Source: an uncultured Candidatus Rokubacteria bacterium
GTDB taxonomy: Bacteria > Methylomirabilota > Methylomirabilia > Rokubacteriales > CSP1-6
Direction of reading: 5' to 3'
Assembly (NCBI GenBank): GCA_963762145.1
Contig: CAVXJS010000021.1
Span: 704,001 to 768,000, forward strand
Length of the DNA stretch: 64,000 bases
In this document: one piece after another, positions 47,301 to 55,566 of the stretch
Layout: each line of letters begins with the position of its first letter
Numbering within the stretch: the stretch's first letter is position 1
Translations under genes and position numbers: made by a program
The notes under the pieces: generated by a model
Seen by the model: the letters and a program-made list of their open reading frames with translations, nothing else
Database searches by the model: none
Told to the model about the DNA's origin: nothing

Positions 47301-47760
47301 GCCGCTCCGCCGCCGCGTTCATGAACGTGATGCGCTCGGCGCGGTCGGTCACGACGACCGCGTCCCCGATGCTCGCGAGCGTGACCGCCATCTCCTCCTG
47401 CTGCGCGAGCGCGTGATCCTCGGCCCGGCGGCGCCCGGCGGCCAGCAGGCTGATGGCGACCGCCACGAGCACGAAGATGAGGAGACGGAGGAGGTCGTCG
47501 CCATAGGGCGCCTTGATGAAGATCAGGTGCCCAACGATCGAGACGGCGGTGGCCGCGAGCCCCGGGCCCAGACCTCCGTACCAGGCGCCGACGACCACCG
47601 CGGCCAGGAGCAGGACGAGCTGCGATCGCTCGGCCAGCGCCACGGACAGGTAGCTGCACGCGAGGGCCACGCCGACCGCCAGCAGGGCGGCGCCGTAGGC
47701 GTTGCGAGACTTCGCCGAGCGGAGAGCAAGCACGTCGAATCGAACCGCGGGCCGCTGCAT
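44311..47760 (-). CDS. Hybrid sensor histidine kinase (DUF4118-PAS-3xGAF-HisKA-HATPase-REC)
   Basis: AWYGGLGPGL TM module, TLASIGDAVVVTD PAS, three GAF repeats, SHELRSPL, REC; start at 47760 or 47784. Confidence 0.92.
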   Translation of the reverse strand: MQRPAVRFDVLALRSAKSRNAYGAALLAVGVALACSYLSVALAERSQLVLLLAAVVVGAWYGGLGPGLAATAVSIVGHLIFIKAPYGDDLLRLLIFVLVAVAISLLAAGRRRAEDHALAQQEEMAVTLASIGDAVVVTDRAERITFMNAAAERLTGWPAAEARGRALATVFGLVDEETRSPAESPAARALREHRTAALPAGVLLVRRGGAEHTIAGGADPIRDRAGQTVGVVLVFRDLTERRAIERDQADVLARERAARRDAAALSAVGEALVQSLDAGSVGRHIAEATRGLLGGTLSALWELDHVTHQLVVVATSGEGGPFPPGTRIPRGQMLAGFAVTEGRPVSTPDVLTDPRLTLTPETRALVEKSGHGSVLAVPLAIGGLITGVLAVGDTTGRTFGADEIRRLQDFANQAAVALEKARLFALETSRREQLEALATVQRDLSAELDLDRLLGMIVERAGRLFEGAGFAYLFDEDSQSLGRVWGRAEPESEAPFPAAGGMVASCASERRALLVNDYPNSPYALPEVVRLGVRHAMAQPLVSRDRLLGVLVAARRKDVPFRLEDFAGFEGLAVQAAVAVENAILFVEAGRQRREAEVLAALARSLNTAQDVSTVLQRVVDGAKELCRCDLTSVALRETESGSIVMRNRAGEYRGASERLVVEPGFGAGGLVLESGHPFRSDNMAVDPRITRARGDIVELEDLVATLVVPIMVEGRVEGLLYVHRRTAKPFNDRTETVLRQLAEYAAIAIHNMRMLAHEHQMRAEAESASRTKDEFLATLSHELRSPLQPLLNWAYLLRSPNLDPASAERALDAIERSTKTLGQLIEDLLDVSRIVTGKLRLQARPVRLPAVVRAAMEAVEPAALAKNVTLETRIEPELPAVMGDPDRLQQVLWNLLSNGIKFTPKGGRVTVSVAGRNSDVMLTVADTGAGIKREFLPHVFERFRQAESSTNRAYGGLGLGLAIVRHLVELHGGSVTVQSEGEGQGATFSVHLPVAAAVRDAERAPAAVSTDGPVRQSLSGLRLLIVDDEADAREVMRFMLERGGAQVRVADSAAQALDAIRDERPDLLISDIGMPVEDGYVLVRRLRAMEEGLGRRLPAIALTAYASEEDTRRALAAGFDAHLSKPVDPARLIDIAAGLAAAGRRGAA

Positions 47761-47817
47761 CTCGTCAGGCTCCCGCCATATCATACTCTCGGGGCGCGGC
47801 CCGGAACGTGCTGAGAA

Positions 47818-47833
47818 CGCAATGGCCGTGCCC
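47818..47833 (-). promoter_or_regulatory. Sigma-54 promoter for the hybrid kinase
   Basis: Minus strand GGGCACGGCCATTGCG (GG-N10-GC). Confidence 0.6.
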
Positions 47834-47951
47834 GATCTCGGGCCGGCGCAACGGCGTGGTTTCTTGGCGCTTGTCGCACCGTGTCGCGCGCGGACCCGGT
47901 CTCGACAGGTAAGTTAAACCCGGTAAGGTTCGATCCGGCTCGGAGGAGCGA

Positions 47952-48056
47952 ATGAGAGACACGGTTTGGCTGATCGTGGCGATCGTGGCCCTGGTGCTCA
48001 CGGTCGTCGGCTGGATCGCCCGCGAGCGCTGGATCATCCGGCGGCGGCGGCGTTGA
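47952..48056 (+). CDS. 34-aa single-TM small protein with poly-Arg tail
   Basis: MRDTVWLIVAIVALVLTVVGWIARERWIIRRRRR*; GGAGGAG RBS; followed by a hairpin. Confidence 0.6.
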   Translation: MRDTVWLIVAIVALVLTVVGWIARERWIIRRRRR

Positions 48057-48084
48057 CGCCCTTGCGCGCTCGCGCGCAAGGGCG
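48057..48084 (+). terminator. GC-rich hairpin after the small ORF
   Basis: CGCCCTTGCGCGC-TC-GCGCGCAAGGGCG; no U-tract. Confidence 0.4.
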
Positions 48085-48141
48085 GTAGCCTACGCAGGGC
48101 CCCGCGGCGTGGGGATCGAGGCCGCGGGCCGGGGGGAATTC

Positions 48142-49185
48142 ATGGGCGTTCAGAAGGCGCGGATCGGCATCATCGGGGCCGGAGCCATCGGCTGCGTGGT
48201 GGGCGGCCTGCTGGCGAAAGCCGGCCACGACGTGACCCTGGCCGATCCGTGGCCGGAGCACGTCGAGCAGATCAAGAGCAGCGGGCTGCGACTCTCCGGG
48301 AGCTGCGGCGAGCACGTGGTGCCGGTGCGGGCCCTGAGCCTGGGGGAGTGGAGTCAGGTGCGCGAGCCGTTCGAGGCGGTGTTCGTCGCCGTGAAGTCCT
48401 ACGACACGGAGTGGGCCACCCAGATGGCGGTGGATCGCCTGCGGATTCCCGACGGCGTGGTGGTGGATTTCCAGAACGGCATCAACGATCATCGCGTGGC
48501 CGCGGTGGCGGGGCGCGAGCGCACCCTCGGCTGCGTCATCCTCATCAGCGCCGGCATGTACGAGCCGGCCCACGCCATCCGCACCGATCGCGGCAACGCC
48601 GCCTTCAAGATCGGCGAGCACGACGGCACCGACTCGCCTCGCGCCCGCCGGATCGCCGCGATCATGAGCGAGGTCGCGCCCGCGGTGGTGACGACCAACC
48701 TGTGGGGCGAGCGCTGGTCGAAGCTCGCGCTCAATTGCATGCTGAACCCGCTCGCGGGCCTGAGCGGGCTCGGCACCGCCGAGGTACGGTCGGACCCGCA
48801 GTCGCGCCGCGTGGCCGCGCAGATCGGGGCCGAGGTGGTGCGGGTCGGGACCGCGCTCGGTCACCGCGTCGAGTCCATCCTGGGCATCGAGGCGAAGCGC
48901 TTCGCGGACGCCGCGGGCGCGAGCGACATCGAGACGCTCGGCCGCGAGATCGCGGCGGACGCGCAGAGCCGGAGCGGGGGCCGGCCGTCGCTGCTCCAGG
49001 ACGTGATGAAGGGCCGTCGCACCGAGATCGACTACCTCAACGGCTTCGTCGCCCGCGAGGGCCGCAACGCCGGCATTCCCACGCCCTTCAACGACGCGGT
49101 GGTCGCCGCCTTCCACGCGCACGGCGTCGGGCAGCTCAAGCCCGATCCCCGCAACCTCGAGCCCCTGGTCCGCCTCCTGGCCTAG
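48142..49185 (+). CDS. Ketopantoate reductase family protein
   Basis: IGAGAIG, VAVKSYD, QNGI, WSKL..N, SLLQD...GRRTEIDYLNG. Confidence 0.9.
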   Translation: MGVQKARIGIIGAGAIGCVVGGLLAKAGHDVTLADPWPEHVEQIKSSGLRLSGSCGEHVVPVRALSLGEWSQVREPFEAVFVAVKSYDTEWATQMAVDRLRIPDGVVVDFQNGINDHRVAAVAGRERTLGCVILISAGMYEPAHAIRTDRGNAAFKIGEHDGTDSPRARRIAAIMSEVAPAVVTTNLWGERWSKLALNCMLNPLAGLSGLGTAEVRSDPQSRRVAAQIGAEVVRVGTALGHRVESILGIEAKRFADAAGASDIETLGREIAADAQSRSGGRPSLLQDVMKGRRTEIDYLNGFVAREGRNAGIPTPFNDAVVAAFHAHGVGQLKPDPRNLEPLVRLLA

Positions 49186-49208
49186 CCCGGGCCCCCTTCG
49201 ATCTCGTA

Positions 49209-49934
49209 GTGGAGCTGCTGTTCGTCCTCGGTGTCGGTCTGGCCGCCGGCACCATCAGCGGCATCGTGGGCTTCGGCTCGTCCATCATGCTGATGCCCGT
49301 GCTGGTGATCGTGTTCGGGCCGCTCCACGCGGTGCCGATCATGGCCATCGCGGCGATCCTGGCCAACCTGTCGCGGGTGCTGATCTGGTGGCGGGAGGTG
49401 GACTGGCGCGCGGTGGCGGCCTACTCGGCCACCGGCGTGCCCGCGGCGGCGCTCGGCGCGCGGACCCTGCTCGTGCTGCCGCCGCGCCTGATCGAGTGCG
49501 CCCTCGGCGTCTTCTTCCTGCTCATGATCCCGGCGCGGCGCTGGCTCGCCGCCCGCGGCTTCCGCCTGCGGCTGCCGCACCTGCTGGTGCTCGGCGCGGG
49601 GATCGGCTTCCTGACCGGCATCGTGGTCACCACCGGCCCGATCACCGCGCCGATCTTCCTCGCCTGCGGGCTGGTGAAGGGCGCGTTCATCGCCACCGAG
49701 GCCGCGGCGTCGCTCGCCGTCTACGGGAGCAAGACCGCGGTGTTCCGCCACTTCGGGGCCCTGCCGCTGCCGGTCATCACGCAGGGCCTCATCACCGGCG
49801 CCTCGCTCATGGTCGGCGCCTGGATCGCCAAGCGCTTCGTCCTCCGCCTCGACCCCGACCGCTTCCGCCTCCTGATGGACGCCCTGATGCTCCTCTCCGG
49901 CCTCGCGATGCTCTACTTTGGGGTCAGGTCTTGA
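49209..49934 (+). CDS. Sulfite exporter TauE/SafE (TSUP) family protein
   Basis: AG.ISGIVGFGSSIMLMP, GFLTGIV.TTGP; last codons fall inside the inverted-repeat element. Confidence 0.85.
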   Translation: MELLFVLGVGLAAGTISGIVGFGSSIMLMPVLVIVFGPLHAVPIMAIAAILANLSRVLIWWREVDWRAVAAYSATGVPAAALGARTLLVLPPRLIECALGVFFLLMIPARRWLAARGFRLRLPHLLVLGAGIGFLTGIVVTTGPITAPIFLACGLVKGAFIATEAAASLAVYGSKTAVFRHFGALPLPVITQGLITGASLMVGAWIAKRFVLRLDPDRFRLLMDALMLLSGLAMLYFGVRS

Positions 49935-50006
49935 ATTACGACATTTCCGCGCGCGTGGCCTGCCGACCGCGAGCGGCGGAAATGTCGTAATTCAAGACCT
50001 GACCCC
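49920..50006. repeat. 87-bp element with perfect 31-bp inverted repeats (family C, REPIN/MITE-like)
   Basis: GGGGTCAGGTCTTGAATTACGACATTTCCGC (49920-49950) and its exact reverse complement (49976-50006), 25-bp spacer. Confidence 0.9.
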
Positions 50007-51136
50007 TACTTGATCTCCGCGTCGTGCTCGCCGATGCGCGGGGGGGCGCGGCGGATCGGGGGACGCTGGCCGTCGAAGGACAGCGGCAGGGCGACGACGT
50101 CGTAGTCGTCGCCGGGGAGGCGCTGGATGATGCCGATGGCCTCGGCCTGCGGCTGCGCGACCGCCTCGGGCAGGCTGTGAATGGGGCCGCAGGGCACGCC
50201 ACCGGCTTCCAGCACATCGATCCACTCGCCCTTGGTCCGGGTGAGGAAGATCGCGTCGAGCTCGGCGAGCAGCGCGGCCTTGTTGTCGACCCGCGCGGCG
50301 TTGCTGACGAAGCGCGGATCCTTCGCCCACTCCGGATGCCCGACCACGGCGGCGAGCTTGGCGAAGAGACGGTCATTGCCCGCGGCCACGATCATGGTGC
50401 CGGTCTTGGTCTCGAAGCCCTGGAACGGCACCACGCGCTTGCTGCCCGTGCGGTGGCGCTCGGGCACCTCGCCGGAGGCGCGGTAGCTCGCGAAGTGGCC
50501 CTTCAGCCACGCGAGGCCCGTCTCGAAGAGCGAGGCGTCGACCACGCAGCCGCGCCCGGTCTGCTGACGCTGCACCAGGCCGGCGAGGGCGCCCATCGCG
50601 GTCCACATGCCGGTGCCGTAGTCGAGGATGGAGGTGCCGATCCGGGTGGGCGGCCCGCCCTCGTCGCCGTTCATCATCATCAGACCCGAGAAGGCCTGCA
50701 CCATCGGCTCGAACCCGGGCTTGAGCTTGAGGGGCCCCGAGCGCCCGAAGGCCCAGACCGAGCAGTAGACGAGACGCGGGTGCCGCGCGAGCACCACGTC
50801 CGACCCGAGCCCCAGCTCCTCGAGCGAGCCCGGCCGCAGGTTCTGGACCAGCACGTCGGCGGTCCCGAGGAAGTCGAGCAGCCACGCGACCGCCTTCGGG
50901 TCCTTGAGATCGAGGCTGATCCCGCGCTTGTTGGCGTTGACCGCGAGGAACCCGGGCGAGACGCCCTTCCAGAAGGGCGGCCCCCACTTCCGCGCGTCGT
51001 CGCCCTCCGGCCGCTCCACCTTGATGACGTCCGCGCCCATGTGGGCCAGGATCTCGGCCGCCATCGGCCCGGCCAGGTTCTGCGCGACCTCGACGACGCG
51101 AATGCCCTCGAGCGGGAGCATCGGCGCGGCGCTCAC
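50006..51136 (-). CDS. Class III CoA-transferase (CaiB/BaiF)
   Basis: LEGIRVVE..QNLAGP, GADVIKVE, N.NKR.ISLDLK, NLRPG. Confidence 0.92.
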   Translation of the reverse strand: MSAAPMLPLEGIRVVEVAQNLAGPMAAEILAHMGADVIKVERPEGDDARKWGPPFWKGVSPGFLAVNANKRGISLDLKDPKAVAWLLDFLGTADVLVQNLRPGSLEELGLGSDVVLARHPRLVYCSVWAFGRSGPLKLKPGFEPMVQAFSGLMMMNGDEGGPPTRIGTSILDYGTGMWTAMGALAGLVQRQQTGRGCVVDASLFETGLAWLKGHFASYRASGEVPERHRTGSKRVVPFQGFETKTGTMIVAAGNDRLFAKLAAVVGHPEWAKDPRFVSNAARVDNKAALLAELDAIFLTRTKGEWIDVLEAGGVPCGPIHSLPEAVAQPQAEAIGIIQRLPGDDYDVVALPLSFDGQRPPIRRAPPRIGEHDAEIK

Positions 51137-52027
51137 GCCTTCGCCGCCGCGATCGCGTCCAGCATGACCGGCTCGAAGCGGTGGCCGTCCCCGTCGCGCA
51201 CGACGCGGCCGGGATGCGGGAAGTGGGCGGGCAGCACCAGGTCGCCCGAGGCAGCGTGGCGCTCCACGAAGGCCTTGCGGGTCTTCGCCGCCTGCTTGGC
51301 GTCGTAGCAGAAGATGCTGCTCCACTGCGGCTCCGCCACCTGCACCACGCGGTGCATGAGATCGCCGGAGAAGACCGCGTCGCCCGCGCTCGTGTGCACG
51401 CGCACCGCCACGTGCTCGGGGGTGTGGCCCACCCACGGCTCGTAGGAGAGCCACGGGTCGATGCGGTACGTGCTGTCCACCATCGTCGCCTGCCCCGCCT
51501 CCACCACCGGCACCACGCTGTCCGCGATGCAGCCGGACTTCTCGCGTCCGGCCTCGTACTCGTGCTTCCAGAACTCCCACTCGCTCGCCCGGGAAGACGT
51601 ACCTGGCCTTCGGGAACGTGGGCACCCACCGCCCGTCCACCAGTCGCGTGTTCCAGCCCACGTGGTCCACGTGCAGGTGCGTGCACAGCACCAGGTCCAC
51701 CTGCTCGGGAGTGACGCCGGCCGCGCGGAGATCGTCGAGGTAGCCGCCCCGCCGCTTGTTCCACAGATCGGTCTCGTGCCGGATCTTGTCGTTGCCCACC
51801 CCGGTGTCTATCAGTACCGTGTGACGTGGAGTTCGCACGATCCAGGTCTGGATGCGCGAGCCCATGTCCCCGGTCACGTCGTCGAAGAAGTGCGGCTTGA
51901 TCCAGCGGTGGTGCTGGACGATCCGCCCCGCGTCGGACTCCGGGAGCATCTGGGTGGTGGGAAAGGCCGAGCGGCCGATCTCGACGATTCGCGAGATCGA
52001 CACCTCACCGAGCGTGAGCGTGTGCAT
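51133..52027 (-). CDS. MBL-fold metallo-hydrolase, frameshifted near 51584
   Basis: THLHVDHVGWN, FPKARY, then GHTP.H, GDLMH, PAHF in the shifted frame. Confidence 0.85.
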
Positions 52028-52036
52028 GATCCTCTC

Positions 52037-53107
52037 CTAGCGTGACGTCATGTGCGGCCAGAGCGCTTCGCCGCCCCGGGCCGCGACCGCGCGCCCGAGT
52101 GCCACCGACCAGTGGTTCTCCGCGCCGAACTCGGCCCGCCACGACCAGAGCCGCCGCGTGACGAAGTGCAGCGAGTGCTCGTAGGTGAAGCCGATGGCGC
52201 CGTGCGCCTGGTGCGCGATGCCCGCGCCCAGGCTCGCCGCCTCGCCGGTGCGCACCTTGGCCACCGCGATCTCGAACGACGCGTCGCCACCCTCGCCGGT
52301 GCGCTCCACGATGTGGAACGCCTGCTGCGCCGCCATGCCCGCCGCGGCGGTGTGCCCGGCCAGGAGGGCCAGGTTCTGCTGGATGGCCTGGAACGCGGCG
52401 AGCGGCCGGCCGAACTGCTTGCGCTCGGTCACGTACTTCACCGACTGGGCGAGCAGGAACTCGAGCCCGCCCGCCATCTGCGCCGCGCGCACCAGCGCGC
52501 CGCCCGCCCACACCGGCTGCGTCCCGAGCCGGCCGCGCAGCGGCGCCGCGGCCACGACCGGCGCGGCGGACCAGGTGAGCGTGTCGCGCGGCTCACGCGC
52601 GAGGCTCGCGTCGGCCTCGGTCTTGGCGCTCCCGCCGGCCACCAGCGCGATCATCGGCGCGCCGCCCGCGTCGGCCACCACCACCACGTGCTCGGCGCGC
52701 GCGCCCCAGGGCACCCGGGTCGCGCGGCCGCTCAGGGCGAACCCGCTGCCCTGCCGGGCCAGGGTGAGGCCTTCATCTATATGCACCGGGGCCACGGTCA
52801 TGGGCCCGAGCGGCGCGTCCAGGCCCGCCTCCGCCAGGATCGAGCCGGCCAGGATGGTCTCGGCCAGCGGCACCGGCGCCGCGAAGCGGCCGGCCGCCAT
52901 CAGCACCACGAAGGCGTCGTTCCAGGAGCCGCCCGCGCCGCCGCGGGCCTCGGGCACCTGCGGCAGCGTGAGGCCGTTCTCCTCCAGCGCCTGCCAGAGC
53001 GCGGCGGGCCACTCGCCCTTCTCCGCGCCCTCCAGCACCGCGGTGGTGGCGTGATCGGTGAAGAGGCGCGTGCACGTCTCGGCGAGGATCGTCTGCAGCT
53101 CGTTCAT
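52037..53107 (-). CDS. Acyl-CoA dehydrogenase family protein (heteromeric partner-like)
   Basis: ERKQFGRPL..FQAIQ, HQ.HGAIGFT.EH.L. Confidence 0.88.
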   Translation of the reverse strand: MNELQTILAETCTRLFTDHATTAVLEGAEKGEWPAALWQALEENGLTLPQVPEARGGAGGSWNDAFVVLMAAGRFAAPVPLAETILAGSILAEAGLDAPLGPMTVAPVHIDEGLTLARQGSGFALSGRATRVPWGARAEHVVVVADAGGAPMIALVAGGSAKTEADASLAREPRDTLTWSAAPVVAAAPLRGRLGTQPVWAGGALVRAAQMAGGLEFLLAQSVKYVTERKQFGRPLAAFQAIQQNLALLAGHTAAAGMAAQQAFHIVERTGEGGDASFEIAVAKVRTGEAASLGAGIAHQAHGAIGFTYEHSLHFVTRRLWSWRAEFGAENHWSVALGRAVAARGGEALWPHMTSR

Positions 53108-53117
53108 GATCGGGCTC

Positions 53118-54266
53118 CTACCGTAGTCCCAGACCGCGGGCGATGATTCCCCGCAGGACTTCGCGCGTCCCGCCCCGCAGCGAGAACGACGGCGCGTGCT
53201 GCACCAGGTAGCCGAGCGTCTTCTCGAACTCGGTGCCGCTGCCGATGCGCGGCTCGGCGCCGGTCAGCGCGTGCACCGCCTCCGGGATCTCCTGCTCGAA
53301 GGTGGTGCCGATGTCCTTCATCACCGCGGCCTCCAGGTTCGGGTTCAGCCCGGCCTGGAGCATGGTGGCGATCGAGAGCGACATCTGGCGCAGGGTCACC
53401 AGGTGCGCGGTGAAGTGGCCGATCAGCGCGGCGGCCCGCTCGGGCGGCTCCTTCCCCGCCTCGCGGATCAGCTCGATCACGAGCTGGAGCGAGGAGAGGT
53501 AGCGCTCGGGGCCGCTCCGCTCGAAGCCGAGCTCGGTGGTCACCTGCTTCCAGCCCTCGCCGTCCTTGCCGACCAGCATGTCGTCGGGCACCAGGCAGTC
53601 CTGGAAGTGCACCTCGTTGAAGTGGTGGCCGCCGGCCAGGTCGATGATCGGGCGGATCGAGATGCCGGGCGACTTGAGATCCACCAGGAACTGGGAGAGG
53701 CCCTCGTGCTTCTTGTCCGGCACCACCTTGGTGCGGAAGAGCGCGATCGCGTAGTCGGAGAGGTGCGCGTTGCTCGTCCAGATCTTGGTGCCGTTGACCT
53801 TGTAGCCGCCCGCGACCTTCTCGGCGCGCGTGCGCACGGAGGCCAGGTCCGAGCCCGAGTCCGGCTCGCTCATCCCGATGGCGAAGGCCAGCTCGCCGCG
53901 CGCGATCCTCGGCAGGAAGCGCTGACGCTGCTCCTCGGTGCCGAAGCGGAGCAGCAACGGGCCGCTCTGGCGGTCGGCCACCCAGTGCGCGCTCACCGGC
54001 GCGCCCGCGGCCAGGGTCTCCTCGAGCACCACGTAGCGCTCCAGCGCGGTGCGCTCGTGGCCGCCGTACTTCTTGGGCCACGTCATGCCGATCCAGCCGC
54101 GCTCGCCCATGCGGCGCGAGAAATCGCGATTGAACCCGCCCCAGGAGCGCGCGCGCTCCGCGGGCCGGTACTGGGCCATCTCGGTCTTGAGGAAGGTGCG
54201 GACCTCGTCGCGCAGCGCCTCTGCCTCGGGTGGGAGCGTCGAGAGCTCGAAGTTGAATGTCGCCAT
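53118..54266 (-). CDS. Acyl-CoA dehydrogenase
   Basis: WPKKYGG, GMSEPDSGSDLAS, NGTKIWTS, FNEVHF, GGTREV. Confidence 0.92.
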   Translation of the reverse strand: MATFNFELSTLPPEAEALRDEVRTFLKTEMAQYRPAERARSWGGFNRDFSRRMGERGWIGMTWPKKYGGHERTALERYVVLEETLAAGAPVSAHWVADRQSGPLLLRFGTEEQRQRFLPRIARGELAFAIGMSEPDSGSDLASVRTRAEKVAGGYKVNGTKIWTSNAHLSDYAIALFRTKVVPDKKHEGLSQFLVDLKSPGISIRPIIDLAGGHHFNEVHFQDCLVPDDMLVGKDGEGWKQVTTELGFERSGPERYLSSLQLVIELIREAGKEPPERAAALIGHFTAHLVTLRQMSLSIATMLQAGLNPNLEAAVMKDIGTTFEQEIPEAVHALTGAEPRIGSGTEFEKTLGYLVQHAPSFSLRGGTREVLRGIIARGLGLR

Positions 54267-54280
54267 GATGTGCTCCTGAT

Positions 54281-55444
54281 TTATCTGAACAGTGAGCGGG
54301 CGATGACCATGCGATGGACCTCGGAGGGCCCCTCGCCGATGCGGCGCACCCGGGCCTCGCGATACCAGCGCTCCAGCGGGAACTCCTTCGACACGCCGTA
54401 GCCGCCGTGGATCTGCACCGCCGCGTCGATCACGCGGCCCAGCACCTCGCTCGAGTAGAGCTTGGCGATGGAGGCCTCGACCCGCGCGTCCTCCCCGCGA
54501 TCGGCCTTCCACGCGCCTTCCCAGATGAGCCACCGGCACGCGCGCAGCTCCACCTCCGCGTCGGCCAGCATCCACTGGATCGCCTGGCGCTGGCTGAGCG
54601 GCGCCCCGAACGTCGAGCGCTGCTTGGCGTGGGCCACCGCCATGCGGTGTGCCGCGGTGGCGACCCCGAGGTTGCAGGCCGAGTATGGGAAGCGGTTCTT
54701 GACCAGCAGATCGAACGCCAGATCGAGGCCCTGCCCTTCCTGGCCGATCAGGTTCTCGGCGGGGATCTCGCAGTCCTCGAAGCTCACGTCGTTGGGAATC
54801 GCCGAGGTGCGGATCACCCGGATCGGCTTGGCGGTGAAACCGGGCGTGCCGTGCTCCAGGATGAAGCACGAGATGCCGCCGCGGCCCTTCCCCTTGTCGG
54901 TGCGGGCGAAGACGATGCCCCACGGCGCGTCGTGCGCGCGGGAGATGAAGACCTTCCGGCCGTTCAGCACCCACTTGTCGCCGCGGCGCTCCGCGCGGGT
55001 CTGGATCGCCCCGGCCGGATCGGAACCCCCGGACGGCTCGGTGATCGCAAAGAAGGTCTCGTTGCCGTCGCGCAGCGTCGGCACTGCGTACTTCTCGATC
55101 TGCGCCTTGGTGCCGGCCCAGATCGCGGGCGGCGGGTAGCGACCGAAGACGCCGCAGCCCGGGTTGTAGAGGCCCATGCGGTGCTGCGACATCGCCTCCA
55201 GCGCCACGCACATGCTGAACGTATCGAGCCCGCCGCCGCCGTACTGCTCGGGAGCGGCCAGCGTCCACAGGCCGGCGGCCTTGGTCTTCTCGGCGAGGCG
55301 TACGTAGTCCGCGCGCGGAATCTCGGGTGCGTCCGGATCGATGGTCTGCTCGAGCGGGATGATCTCGTCCTGCACGAAGCGCCGGATCTGCTCGCCGAGC
55401 AGGCGCAGCTCCTCCGGAAGGGTGAAGCCGGGGAACACCGTCAT
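54281..55444 (-). CDS. Acyl-CoA dehydrogenase
   Basis: AITEP.GGSD, LNGRKVFIS, QIHGG.G, RIGEGPSEV. Confidence 0.92.
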   Translation of the reverse strand: MTVFPGFTLPEELRLLGEQIRRFVQDEIIPLEQTIDPDAPEIPRADYVRLAEKTKAAGLWTLAAPEQYGGGGLDTFSMCVALEAMSQHRMGLYNPGCGVFGRYPPPAIWAGTKAQIEKYAVPTLRDGNETFFAITEPSGGSDPAGAIQTRAERRGDKWVLNGRKVFISRAHDAPWGIVFARTDKGKGRGGISCFILEHGTPGFTAKPIRVIRTSAIPNDVSFEDCEIPAENLIGQEGQGLDLAFDLLVKNRFPYSACNLGVATAAHRMAVAHAKQRSTFGAPLSQRQAIQWMLADAEVELRACRWLIWEGAWKADRGEDARVEASIAKLYSSEVLGRVIDAAVQIHGGYGVSKEFPLERWYREARVRRIGEGPSEVHRMVIARSLFR

Positions 55445-55566
55445 GGTGGTAGTGGCTCCCTGGAGACCGTGATGTGGGGGGATCATACCACCGCGCGGAA
55501 AACCGGGTACACTCGGGGGCGGCCCGGCGGGCCGGCAGGACGATACCCGGAGGAGAGAGCTCGAAC

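Noticed and set aside
27800-48100. Central block as a mobile genomic island or anti-phage defence island
   Set aside because: No integrase, att repeats, tRNA or recognisable defence effectors; content fits a stress regulon better.
49188-49203. Third copy of the family B element
   Set aside because: Only a 13-bp match (GGGCCCCCTTCGA); could be a remnant or chance.
49913-50012. Target-site duplication around the 31-bp inverted repeat
   Set aside because: TACTT occurs on both sides but is offset by one base on the left; not a clean duplication.
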